Source: a virus (taxonomy: Duplodnaviria; Caudoviricetes). From it: 64,000 bases of DNA. A model generated the notes under the pieces. It was not told where the DNA came from. It worked only from the letters and a program-made list of their open reading frames with translations, and made no database searches. Shown piece by piece: positions 19,848-29,945 of the stretch. Every line of letters starts with the position of its first letter. The stretch's first letter is position 1. The stretch spans positions 24,359-88,358 of IMG/VR virus record IMGVR_UViG_3300033984_000268; one strand, 5' to 3'. The position numbers and the translations under genes are program-made.

Positions 19848-22025
19848 TTAAGAGTTTTTAGTTTTAACTTCATCTGGTTTCAAGATGTCATCTTCCTTAA
19901 ATTTCCAGTCACCACTCATCTGTCCTTTCAAAATAGCTAACACTGTTTTTTCATCAGTACCTGCAGGTAATTTAGATTTTAAATCGCTGTATTTTTGAGC
20001 AACATCTTCAGAACTTGTTTCTCTACCATCTAATGGTTTAGCATTTGCCAAATAGATTTTACCTGTAAGAGGATCAATTTTTTCGTAGTTACTATTGACA
20101 TTTAAGTTGTAACGATTACTTCTTTCAGTATAAGCATTGTTTATTGCTGCAGTAATTGCATCATCTGCTTTTTCATGTGAATTAGCAAAGTTTTGTACAC
20201 GTGTTGCATGTTGAGCCCACAGGTTTGTAGCATCTTGTGCATCTTGTGCATGTTTAGCATTTGCTAACTGCGTGTTTGACTGATTAACTTGATTGTATAA
20301 ACCAATGTTTTTTGTAGAATTATCATCAATTGCACCAGCTGCTTTAGCATAAACTTGAGCGTTAATACTATTTATTGCAGCTTGTGTCGATGCTTGACTT
20401 CCAAACGCACTAGCAGATCTTATTGCACCTGCAGCTAATGTATTTGCTTCTGCAATCTTACGTTCAGGACTATCAAACTGCGGTTCTAATAAATTAAACT
20501 GTGACGCTTTTTGCCATTCAGGAATATTAAGAATATGTCGTTTAGCAGCAAAAGTACGATTCATCGTATTTATATCCTGTATTCTGAATCCATCTGGATT
20601 AATAGATGGTGGAATTGGATCTAAATTTTTGATTGTACCTTTTTTATAAACATCTTCTGGTGCAGGTTTTATTGTAATTGGTGCTTGAGGATTACCTTTA
20701 AACCCTGCAGTTTGTCCTGTAGTAGTATCCGTATAAATACCATCAGCTTTTGATAATGGATACGCTTTATTATTAAAAGTACTTTCATCAGCAATTCCTA
20801 ATTTAGGAGCTTCAAATGGAGATAATACAGTTTGTAATTCTTTACTATATGTATTTTGATTTAACGCTAATTGATGAAATGCAATATACGATGCTTGCTC
20901 TTGTGCAGTTTTATCTGAACCAGGGATTGCTAAATCTTTTTCCAGACCTTTACCTTTTAAAAAGTCGCTTGTATATTTTGATGAATTTTTATCAGTTGCA
21001 TTTTGACCAATTTGTGTATAATCAATTCCATGAGCTCTTAATGCAAGATTTCTTTTTTGCATATCAATGAAGTTATCCATAACTTCTTTTTCAGTACCTG
21101 CAGCAGACCATGTTTTATTTTTAATTGCATTACCATAATCTCTACCATGAATTGTCGAATTAGCCCAAGCATTATTGTATTCAGTAAACAATGCTTTTTT
21201 AAATTCAGGATTTTCTCTAAGGCTTTCAATGTATTGGTATTGTGCTGCAATTTGTTTATTATTATTAAATAATTTTTTCAAATCAGCATCCGAACCTTTC
21301 CATTCAGGAACAACACCGCCACCATCAACATATTTTTTTACACCACCTAATGATAAGAATTGTGAATCACCGCCAAGTGCTGCTTGATGCAATGGACCTC
21401 CAAAGGCTGCTTGTATTGCACCTGTTGCTTGTTGTGCTTGTTCTGCATCAACTGAAAATAATTCTTCTGGCGTAACGTGTGTTTTATCAAACCAAGGATT
21501 GAATATATCAGTCATCCCATCTTTGAAATTCTTTTTAGATTCTTGCCACAATGCTAAACTTGAAAGATTGAATGCTGCATTTTTCATTGTCAATGTAGCA
21601 CTATCTTTTGCAATTTTATCTTGGTATTCATCTTTAAGAATAGCTTTTGCTGTTGCTAATGCATCCAACCATTTTTTAGAAACTTCAGCAGGTGTTTTTT
21701 CACTTTTACCAGTTTCACCAAAGTATTTTAATAACTCTGGATCTTTGATAATCATTTTTTTGTTGTTAGAAAAAATGAAAGAAGAACTTTCACCTTCTTC
21801 TCCAGCAGAAGGCGGATCCATTGGAGTTCCACCTTTAGCGTGTGTCTTACCACCAATAGCTTTTAGTTCAACAAGGTTATCCACATTACGATTGTAATTA
21901 GTCCAAATTGTTTCACCTTTTTCTGCTTCAATGGTAGCCTTTTTTTTATCAATCGGCTTTACCGTCTTATTTAGGTTCCCATCAGCTTGTCTGTTAGGAA
22001 GTCCTACCACTTTGTATTGAGCCAT
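19848..22025 (-). CDS. Putative cargo protein with EAEKGE...THAKGG motif and xxGG repeats
   Basis: ORF track starts at 22043, but ATG at 22025 (MAQYKVV) follows the upstream stop directly and is the more likely start. IEAEKGE/GGKTHAKGG resembles a motif I recall from crAss-like cargo proteins. Confidence 0.55.
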   Translation of the reverse strand: MAQYKVVGLPNRQADGNLNKTVKPIDKKKATIEAEKGETIWTNYNRNVDNLVELKAIGGKTHAKGGTPMDPPSAGEEGESSSFIFSNNKKMIIKDPELLKYFGETGKSEKTPAEVSKKWLDALATAKAILKDEYQDKIAKDSATLTMKNAAFNLSSLALWQESKKNFKDGMTDIFNPWFDKTHVTPEELFSVDAEQAQQATGAIQAAFGGPLHQAALGGDSQFLSLGGVKKYVDGGGVVPEWKGSDADLKKLFNNNKQIAAQYQYIESLRENPEFKKALFTEYNNAWANSTIHGRDYGNAIKNKTWSAAGTEKEVMDNFIDMQKRNLALRAHGIDYTQIGQNATDKNSSKYTSDFLKGKGLEKDLAIPGSDKTAQEQASYIAFHQLALNQNTYSKELQTVLSPFEAPKLGIADESTFNNKAYPLSKADGIYTDTTTGQTAGFKGNPQAPITIKPAPEDVYKKGTIKNLDPIPPSINPDGFRIQDINTMNRTFAAKRHILNIPEWQKASQFNLLEPQFDSPERKIAEANTLAAGAIRSASAFGSQASTQAAINSINAQVYAKAAGAIDDNSTKNIGLYNQVNQSNTQLANAKHAQDAQDATNLWAQHATRVQNFANSHEKADDAITAAINNAYTERSNRYNLNVNSNYEKIDPLTGKIYLANAKPLDGRETSSEDVAQKYSDLKSKLPAGTDEKTVLAILKGQMSGDWKFKEDDILKPDEVKTKNS

Positions 22026-22026
22026 A

Positions 22027-24888
22027 TTATCTATTTCTTTCAAGTTTAATTCCAGCTGCTTCTAAAGCGACCACATCTGCATCAGTTATATCATAAGCAC
22101 CGCCAAGGTCATATACTTTTCCACCATATTCAAATGTCGTAGGCCCACCCATAGCTGAAATAACTTCACTGTTCCATCCATCAAAACGCGGTGTATCAAT
22201 AGCTCCATAAGTATTACCCATGTTATTAACTTGGTCACCTCTGTTAATACCACCTTCGTTTTCACCCCATTGATTAAAATTACCAGCATCATTCATACCA
22301 GTACGAGTTGTATTCATTGCTGAATTCATTGCCATATTTTTATCTGGTGTATTTCTATACATTTGATCAGACCAATTGCCAAAGCGTTCCATACCATCAT
22401 TTGCAGCTTCATAAGCATCACCCCAACTTATTTTTAATTTACTTTTACCAGTAACTTTTCCTTTACCTGATTTAGCTGCTTGATTTGGATCAATAGTTAT
22501 ATTGTCATTTTTTTGCATACTTGCAGGCAATGTTGCATTAATTTTATTACCAGCTTCATCTACAACAGGTGCACCTGAATTCCAAACCATACTATTTGGA
22601 TTTGGTGCTAATCCTTCTACAGGAATCATTCCTGTTCCATCAATCGCTTTAGGAAGAAATCCGTATTCATTTTTATACGTCACGCCACCTAAAGCCATTT
22701 TTAAAACTTGAAGAGCATTTTGAATATCATTATCAGAAGGCCCACCCATAGCTTTTTGACCAGTATATGGATTTGCGGCATCTAATGCTTTTTGTCTTTC
22801 TTCTTCTGCTTTTACATCATCTAATTTTTTTTGATACTCATTAGCATTTTCAGTTGGTGTATCGTGAAAAGCTCTATATACACGTCCTTTTTGAGCATAC
22901 GCTTCATCTGCTTTAGTTAACACAGCCGCTTTATCTGTTTTTACTTTAGCTTCAGCCGCAGCAGTTGCAGCATCTGTTGCAGTTTTGATTTTAGCATTAG
23001 CATCAAACTGTGCAAAGTTTTGATAATCATTTGCAAATTTAGCACTAGGATGTTCTGCAGAAACTTTATTTACATCATTTGCAAAATAAGAACCAGCTAA
23101 AGCAGCACCAGTTGTTTTTCCTAACACACCATCAACAACTTTGAATTTATTATCAGTTTGATATTTTTTAATTCCGGTTGTAAGTGCATCATCCCAAACA
23201 CCAGTTTCAGGTAATTTTAATGTAGCTTGAATTGCTTTTACATCATCTGCAGGCAAAGGATTTTTTTGATCCCAATTTTGTGTACTCCAGGTGTCATGAT
23301 CAACTTTTGTTCTATCTACTTTATAATCTGCAAACGTACCTTTCATCGGATCATATTGCAAATTAGTATAATCATCTGTGTATTGTTTATATTTAGTATC
23401 TTCATCATTAGCTTGATCTGCTGTAATAAAGTTGTTTGGATTATACTTACTTGCTTGTAACGGATTACCCATTTTATCAAACTTCAATGTTTGATCACCT
23501 ACCTTTTTTTCAGTTATTCCTGGTGCAGTTCCTGGCGCAGCTGGTATTGAACCTGGCGCGTTTCCAGTATTACCTGCAGTACTCCAATCTAAATCAAATG
23601 CTACTTTCTGTCTACCGAAAATACCTTTCTTTGCTTCTCCATGGGTAACAGTAAATTTAGCATTAGGATCATTTGTCAATGGCATTCCGCTTGAATTAAC
23701 TTTCATATCACCATGATCCCATCCTGAATTACTCATAAGTCGTCCAAAAGGAGATGCTTGTAATTTAGCAAGGTTTTGTTGTTCAGGTGTATTATTAAAG
23801 TATTGAGGTTGACTTGCACCAGTAGTAGTAGTTGCAGCATCTTGTACAAACTTACCACCAATCCACTTTCCTGATGCACCCTCTGCTATTGAAGGTGCAG
23901 CATCCGCAACAAATTTTCCACCAATCCATTTACCAGAAGATCCTTCTGCAACTGGAGCAGTCCACTTTGAAGATAAATCTTTTATATTTAATTGCTTTGC
24001 AGCATCTTTTTCATTAGCATTATACTCGTACATTGCAACTTGATATTCAGCTGCTGTTTTATAATCATTTGGATTAGGACCACCGCCTGCAAATTTTGGC
24101 GCAGACTTTCCTTTTAATGATGGAAACTCATTTTCAAAATCATTAAGTAATGCATTCTTTTTAATGCTTTTTACAAAAGCAGCTTGTCTATCTTGAATAA
24201 AACTATTAGATGTAGGATCAACTTCAGGCATACCACCACCTAATGCTTTTTGTATTAAAGCACGAGCGTTACCACCAAAACGAGCAACTGGTGCTTGTTG
24301 TTGACCACCTTGTAATTGTTGTAAAACATAAGTACCAACTTGTTCATCAACGTCACCATTTTTAACAGCAGCCATTAATTCTTGTTGAACTTGTTCTGCA
24401 GTAGCTCCTTTTTCCATCATAGCTTGAACTTGTGCAGTCAGTTGATCCGCTTGCGTTTGCAAATCTGGAGCACCCCCTTGAGCCATACCTGGCATAGGTG
24501 GAGCACCTTGCTGTTGCTGTTGCATCATAGCCATTTCTTCAGGAGATGGTTGTCCACCTTGAGGTGCACCTTCTGCTGCTTCTTCTTGAGGATTAGATGC
24601 TTGACCTTCCATTTGCTCTTCACCTTGTCCTTGAGCTTGTTGACCACCTTGCATAGCTTGTTGAATAGCAGCTTGTGCTTCTTCAGGTTGCATACCCATT
24701 TGAGTAAATACTTGCATGATTGCTTCTGGTGGCATTTGTTCTTGTAACAATTTTTGAGCTACTTCAACAGGTTGTGCACCTTGCTGTAACATTTGCTGAA
24801 CCATTTGCATTACTTGTTGCATTTGTCCATCTTGACTTGCTTGACCTGCTTGAGGATTTGCTTGAGCGTTTGCTTCTGGATTTTCCAT
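22027..24888 (-). CDS. Putative cargo protein (953 aa): Gln-rich N-terminus, xxGG repeats, peptidoglycan-binding-like domain
   Basis: Q/M-rich N-terminus; DDVKAIQATL...TGVWDDALTTGIKKYQ...VDGVLGKTT matches the PG_binding_1 pattern; first gene after the muzzle-like gene. Confidence 0.6.
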   Translation of the reverse strand: MENPEANAQANPQAGQASQDGQMQQVMQMVQQMLQQGAQPVEVAQKLLQEQMPPEAIMQVFTQMGMQPEEAQAAIQQAMQGGQQAQGQGEEQMEGQASNPQEEAAEGAPQGGQPSPEEMAMMQQQQQGAPPMPGMAQGGAPDLQTQADQLTAQVQAMMEKGATAEQVQQELMAAVKNGDVDEQVGTYVLQQLQGGQQQAPVARFGGNARALIQKALGGGMPEVDPTSNSFIQDRQAAFVKSIKKNALLNDFENEFPSLKGKSAPKFAGGGPNPNDYKTAAEYQVAMYEYNANEKDAAKQLNIKDLSSKWTAPVAEGSSGKWIGGKFVADAAPSIAEGASGKWIGGKFVQDAATTTTGASQPQYFNNTPEQQNLAKLQASPFGRLMSNSGWDHGDMKVNSSGMPLTNDPNAKFTVTHGEAKKGIFGRQKVAFDLDWSTAGNTGNAPGSIPAAPGTAPGITEKKVGDQTLKFDKMGNPLQASKYNPNNFITADQANDEDTKYKQYTDDYTNLQYDPMKGTFADYKVDRTKVDHDTWSTQNWDQKNPLPADDVKAIQATLKLPETGVWDDALTTGIKKYQTDNKFKVVDGVLGKTTGAALAGSYFANDVNKVSAEHPSAKFANDYQNFAQFDANAKIKTATDAATAAAEAKVKTDKAAVLTKADEAYAQKGRVYRAFHDTPTENANEYQKKLDDVKAEEERQKALDAANPYTGQKAMGGPSDNDIQNALQVLKMALGGVTYKNEYGFLPKAIDGTGMIPVEGLAPNPNSMVWNSGAPVVDEAGNKINATLPASMQKNDNITIDPNQAAKSGKGKVTGKSKLKISWGDAYEAANDGMERFGNWSDQMYRNTPDKNMAMNSAMNTTRTGMNDAGNFNQWGENEGGINRGDQVNNMGNTYGAIDTPRFDGWNSEVISAMGGPTTFEYGGKVYDLGGAYDITDADVVALEAAGIKLERNR

Positions 24889-24906
24889 GTTTATAAACTT
24901 ATATTT

Positions 24907-24914
24907 TAATATAC
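24907..24914 (-). promoter_or_regulatory. GTATATTA putative phage late-promoter motif
   Basis: Same motif recurs upstream of several operon-first genes (see findings); here 18 nt upstream of the ATG at 24888. Confidence 0.5.
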
Positions 24915-24926
24915 AAAAAATAATTA

Positions 24927-24954
24927 AGAAAAGGTAACTATAAAAAAGTTACCT
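24927..24954 (-). terminator. Putative intrinsic terminator overlapping the stop of the muzzle-like gene
   Basis: AGGTAACT-N7-AGTTACCT inverted repeat followed by TTTCTT on the minus strand; weak, AT-rich stem. Confidence 0.4.
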
Positions 24955-27900
24955 CTCCGATACTAATAAATTACCTAACGCTAAACTAACTAGCATTTCA
25001 ACATTTCCGCTTTTAATTTTACGCAATATAACTTTGTTTTCAAAGTGTCTGAATTTTTTTCGTTGCAGTTCATTTTTTTGATAATCTAAATTATTAATGT
25101 TTAGACTGCGAATATAACCATTCTCTTCTGTTTTCCATATAGTTTCATGTGCACCAGAAAATTCACCACGATCTTTAGTAATATCCCAGAACTGATTAAA
25201 ACGACATTTTTGTTCTTCTTTTGAATAAAGAATATCAATGTAATTCAAATGAACTTTTGGAAAGTTAACAATGTCCGCTAAACTGTTTTTTGGATTCAAT
25301 TTTAGTTTTAATAATCCTGAACATTGTTCCGAGTTATAAATTATAGCTTCATCAAAACCATGATCTAATACCTGATGACGATCAAAACAATTATTGTCAT
25401 AAATGAATGACTCTAAATAGAATTCAACATTACGTAAAGTAGATACAGCAAACTTACTATTCATTTGGAACTCTACTTCAAATGGATAATCTACGCCATA
25501 GAAATTACAATAACTTTGACAAGTTGTATTATGTTTCCATATACTTCCTTTCTTTGTTGTTAAGAATGAATTTCTACCAGTAAATGATAAATCTGGATGC
25601 CAGTCATGATATGAAATAAACTCGGCTGCTTTTGGATCAAATGAAAGTGTCCACGAACATTCTTTAAAGTACATTGGATCTTGAACGGTTGTTGGATATT
25701 TACCATTCACTAAAAAATTTCCTTTACCTACATATACAATTGTCGTTCCTGTAGGAAGATCTTTTCTCAAATGGTAATCTTTCTTACAGAAGTACAGTAA
25801 CATATACTCGTTATCATACGTAGTTTGACATCCAATTCCAGCTACAGGATTATCATTAAGATCATACGTAGGGAAATCTTCTAATAACTTATATGGTAAA
25901 TATAAATTCAACCAGAACTTATTGTTTTTTAATGAAATTTCTTTCAATCCACCAGCGTATGAAAATATCTTACCTTGATTTAAGTTAATCCAATATAAAC
26001 CAAATGGTGTATTAACTACAGACAATCTACTTTGACATGATCCGTATTCCATTGATTTATCTGCATTAACAATATTTTGAATATCACGTGCAAGTAATGA
26101 ACCATCTCCAATAGTTAATTCATCACCATTAGAAGTTTGTAATGTATTAACACCAGGCAATCTTCCAGGAGCTGTATTATTAAATAAAATTAATGCACCT
26201 GTTTGATCAATAGCTTTTATTGCAACTATTTCACTTTTAAAATCTTTATTATTTAATGGAAGGAATACACTCCAGTTATCAGCTTTGTATTCTGTTAACT
26301 GCGGTAACGACCATAACAATCTACGTGGCCTGTATGTATAACAGGATGAATACAATAGCGGATCATAATCATTTAATTGAATAGTGTTCCATGAAAATTT
26401 AGTAAAAGGTAAATATGAAACAGCAAGACTTCTATCCATTTTATAATAGTTGTCTGTTTTAATAATGTTCATGTCAAAAATTGTTTTCAAATCAGAAACA
26501 ATTGGATAATGTTTTTGAACAACTAAATCACCATAATCTCTATAATCTAAATTGTATTCAGACTCACAATAAAAATCTTTTACACCTGAATTAAATAAAT
26601 AGATGTATGCATTTTTAACTACTAGCCAACCACGAGGACCAGGTACTCTATCAAAACAATGTTTATCAGATGGTGTTACAATACTATTCCAAAATGAAGT
26701 AACAGTATTTCCATCAACAGCAGCATAAATTGCATTCGGTAAACTTTGAATAAACTCACCAAAATCAAATGGTTCGGTGTCCATCCAGAAAGCTGTACTC
26801 TCAAACATCTGATAATTTTTATAATTAAATTCAGCACCATCCGGTTCGCCATTTAACCATCTTTGAAAATAAAAGAATGTATTTTTTTCAGAATATCTTC
26901 CAATGTATGTATCACCACCAAAAATTATTCCTGTAGATGTATTAAAAATAGTAACTCCTCCTTGTTGTATGTAAGCATCAGTGTAATTGCTTTGTGTTGG
27001 TAATTGTTTAACACCAAACAGTTGACTATACTGATTTCTTAATCTTGTTTTGATAGCAGTATAGTGTGATGATGCCGCGCGCGCGTATGTATTAAATACA
27101 CCGCCTGATGTAAGAGATGATGCTTTTTGTCCACGCGATGTATCAAGAATAGTTGGATTATCTATTAATTGATTAGTATTTAATACAACCATCTCTTGAC
27201 GGTTTAAATGATTTATGACATGTGTAGTTAAAAAATCATGGACACCATCATTAAGGTATCTAATAGTGCCAATATCCTTTCTTCTGTTAGTTGCTTTAGG
27301 ACTAGCGAAATTTTCATAACCACACACCGCTTGAAATTGTAATGCATGTTGTCTATATTTATTTAAAGCTTTGACCATTGTTAACAATGCATCTGCTCCT
27401 TCACCTGTATAATGTGTAAACATTTGTATTGCTGAAACAGCGCGTAATAAACCAGGACTACGATTTTGATCTTTATAAGTTATAGTTTGATTACCTGAAT
27501 TTACCGCAGATCCTGAAACAGCACCAGCAATCTGACCAACTAATTTTTTAGCAAAGTTTACATCATAGTTAGCAGACAAAAACCCCCAAGATTGACCAGT
27601 GATACCATCAAGAAATGAAGTCACATTTTCAGCAAGATTAAGTCCAGCTTCGGCACCAATAGAAATACCTGCTGTAATTTTACCTGCAACTACACCTACT
27701 GCATTTGTTGATGTACCAATAGTTACTGGTGCTTGATCAAAATATTGATTACCACTCCATTCAACATCTTTTGTACCATTAATTTTACTAATAGCAAATC
27801 CAATACCGTAAATTATTCCTATACCAAAAGCAAGATCTGTTACAAATTTATGTTTAGGATGATTACGAGGTTCTACAAAAGAACCATTAGAAATACCCCA

Positions 27901-29943
27901 TTGTTCACCATAAATTTTTAATTCATCATCAACCAAAAATGGTTTTGAAAACATTGTATCTGGTGAATGAAATGTAAATTTATCTTTTACATATCGATTA
28001 TTCGGAACATAGTTTTTAATATTTCCTTCTGCACCAAAAACAACATTCTCATACGATGTGTTAACAGGATTGCCTGAACCATCTTTTCCTATAGAAATAA
28101 AAGGATCTGGTGTCAAATCATTGAATGGATAATTAGCATATAATCCAGTACGAGAAGAACCGTTTAAAACTTTTGGTATATCATACTCAAACATGTTATT
28201 AATTAGTCCTTTGTACAATACAGTTTTATTTCCATTACGACTTCCACGTAAAATTTCATAACCAACAATGTTTTTAATTGGTACACCGTTATTATCTACA
28301 GGCGGCCTAACATTTTTAAATGCAACACCCATTACACGAATAGTTCTTGTACCACTTTTGTAATGATTAGTTAAATCATTAAAACCAATTCCAATTGTAT
28401 TTTCTGGAAATTTATGATGTCTAATTGGTTTACCACATAAATCAAACTTAGAACTTCCAACATCTGACCACGTGTGTGCTGAAGAGTTCCATCTTGATGG
28501 ATGTTTATCATCATAAAATTCCGATGACTCATGGTAACCCATTCTACCTTCAGCAACTAAAGTACCACCATCATCTGTAGGTACACCTAAAAAAGCTGTA
28601 ACCCATGCGGTATTGTAAACCTCAAATACTTTTGGACTATATCCAGATTCAATAATATTTGGTGTAGCTGGACACACAGCGTTTTCTAATAACGAACTAC
28701 CTGCAGATGAAGAATCGGATGGTAATATATAATTACTTGCAGCACGTCCAGGAATATGGTATGAACTTGTTTTATCACCTGTATTGTAAATCCATCGAAT
28801 AAAGAAAGGATAATTCTCATCTCGCATGTATCCTACATTTGTTCCACCATTTTTATAATAAGTATCAGGATACTCTACTAATTGCCAAAAAGATTCTATT
28901 TGGTTTGCTAATGGTTGGTAATTAAAATCAAATTTTTCTGTAGGACCGACGCGCATTAAGTAATTACCATTTTCATAAATAGCATCAGACTTATCAGGAA
29001 CAGCTGTAACTAAAAAAAGTTCTTTTTCATCTGGTACATCTGGTAATTCTGGTGATAAAAAATCAATTGTAATAAAAGTTTGGTTTGTACTATATTGACC
29101 AAAGATTTTTGATATAGTTTTATCCGCTATAGTAGATGTAACTACAACTTCATATTGTTCAAATCTTGTATCAAGATCAGATAAAGTTAATTCTAAAGCA
29201 CTGTTTACATTTTCATGTGTGTACAATGAAACTACATTTGACATTACACAATAATCTGTTTTCTTTAATCCATTAACCAAATAATAAATCTGAAAAAAGT
29301 AACTTCCGTTTTTAATGCTTCCTGAACTAGGACCTTTCTTTATTTTTAATTTTGGCGTTTTAATAAATGATTCTAATCTAATCTTATCGCAATCTAAAAT
29401 TTTGCGTCCTAAAGCGTCTAGTTTATCAACACATGTAATACATCCACCAGGTAAAGAACCATTGCTGTCAGTACATACCTGCACCCATGGAATATTTTGA
29501 ATATCCATAGTTCTATCAGCATTTAAACCATCAGCCCAATATGCTTTAAATGAACAATCAAAGGTAGGTCTTACAACACCTTTTATTAAATTAGTTTGTT
29601 TAAATGCAAGACATCCATTATTTACCAATCTTGTATATGTACATGTACCTTCTACAAACCTTCCAATTTCTGATTGAAAGTTATTCGTAGAAAATATCAA
29701 CCATTCATCATTCACAATATGCAATGCACCAATAATAGTATATGGAGCTTCATCACATCTTATGTTAGAAAACTCATTACTTAATTTTCCTAAATCTCCT
29801 TTGTGTGAATTGTTAATAGCGTTACGAGCATACGTCCATGCATTTTCAGGTAGATGGAAATCATTAATGTCCGATACAAATCCAGATTCAAAAGTTTGAG
29901 ATTCTTGACTTGATTGATTTATTTTTCTTTGTTTCTTTGCCAT
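24949..29943 (-). CDS. Tail stabilisation / muzzle-like protein (1664 aa)
   Basis: Size, beta-rich composition and motifs (GYMRDENYPF, CGKPIRHHKFP, GYEILRG, FGGDTYI, WTLSFDP...SYHDW) typical of the crAss-like muzzle/P22 gp10-like protein; synteny. Confidence 0.75.
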   Translation of the reverse strand: MAKKQRKINQSSQESQTFESGFVSDINDFHLPENAWTYARNAINNSHKGDLGKLSNEFSNIRCDEAPYTIIGALHIVNDEWLIFSTNNFQSEIGRFVEGTCTYTRLVNNGCLAFKQTNLIKGVVRPTFDCSFKAYWADGLNADRTMDIQNIPWVQVCTDSNGSLPGGCITCVDKLDALGRKILDCDKIRLESFIKTPKLKIKKGPSSGSIKNGSYFFQIYYLVNGLKKTDYCVMSNVVSLYTHENVNSALELTLSDLDTRFEQYEVVVTSTIADKTISKIFGQYSTNQTFITIDFLSPELPDVPDEKELFLVTAVPDKSDAIYENGNYLMRVGPTEKFDFNYQPLANQIESFWQLVEYPDTYYKNGGTNVGYMRDENYPFFIRWIYNTGDKTSSYHIPGRAASNYILPSDSSSAGSSLLENAVCPATPNIIESGYSPKVFEVYNTAWVTAFLGVPTDDGGTLVAEGRMGYHESSEFYDDKHPSRWNSSAHTWSDVGSSKFDLCGKPIRHHKFPENTIGIGFNDLTNHYKSGTRTIRVMGVAFKNVRPPVDNNGVPIKNIVGYEILRGSRNGNKTVLYKGLINNMFEYDIPKVLNGSSRTGLYANYPFNDLTPDPFISIGKDGSGNPVNTSYENVVFGAEGNIKNYVPNNRYVKDKFTFHSPDTMFSKPFLVDDELKIYGEQWGISNGSFVEPRNHPKHKFVTDLAFGIGIIYGIGFAISKINGTKDVEWSGNQYFDQAPVTIGTSTNAVGVVAGKITAGISIGAEAGLNLAENVTSFLDGITGQSWGFLSANYDVNFAKKLVGQIAGAVSGSAVNSGNQTITYKDQNRSPGLLRAVSAIQMFTHYTGEGADALLTMVKALNKYRQHALQFQAVCGYENFASPKATNRRKDIGTIRYLNDGVHDFLTTHVINHLNRQEMVVLNTNQLIDNPTILDTSRGQKASSLTSGGVFNTYARAASSHYTAIKTRLRNQYSQLFGVKQLPTQSNYTDAYIQQGGVTIFNTSTGIIFGGDTYIGRYSEKNTFFYFQRWLNGEPDGAEFNYKNYQMFESTAFWMDTEPFDFGEFIQSLPNAIYAAVDGNTVTSFWNSIVTPSDKHCFDRVPGPRGWLVVKNAYIYLFNSGVKDFYCESEYNLDYRDYGDLVVQKHYPIVSDLKTIFDMNIIKTDNYYKMDRSLAVSYLPFTKFSWNTIQLNDYDPLLYSSCYTYRPRRLLWSLPQLTEYKADNWSVFLPLNNKDFKSEIVAIKAIDQTGALILFNNTAPGRLPGVNTLQTSNGDELTIGDGSLLARDIQNIVNADKSMEYGSCQSRLSVVNTPFGLYWINLNQGKIFSYAGGLKEISLKNNKFWLNLYLPYKLLEDFPTYDLNDNPVAGIGCQTTYDNEYMLLYFCKKDYHLRKDLPTGTTIVYVGKGNFLVNGKYPTTVQDPMYFKECSWTLSFDPKAAEFISYHDWHPDLSFTGRNSFLTTKKGSIWKHNTTCQSYCNFYGVDYPFEVEFQMNSKFAVSTLRNVEFYLESFIYDNNCFDRHQVLDHGFDEAIIYNSEQCSGLLKLKLNPKNSLADIVNFPKVHLNYIDILYSKEEQKCRFNQFWDITKDRGEFSGAHETIWKTEENGYIRSLNINNLDYQKNELQRKKFRHFENKVILRKIKSGNVEMLVSLALGNLLVSER

Positions 29944-29945
29944 CT

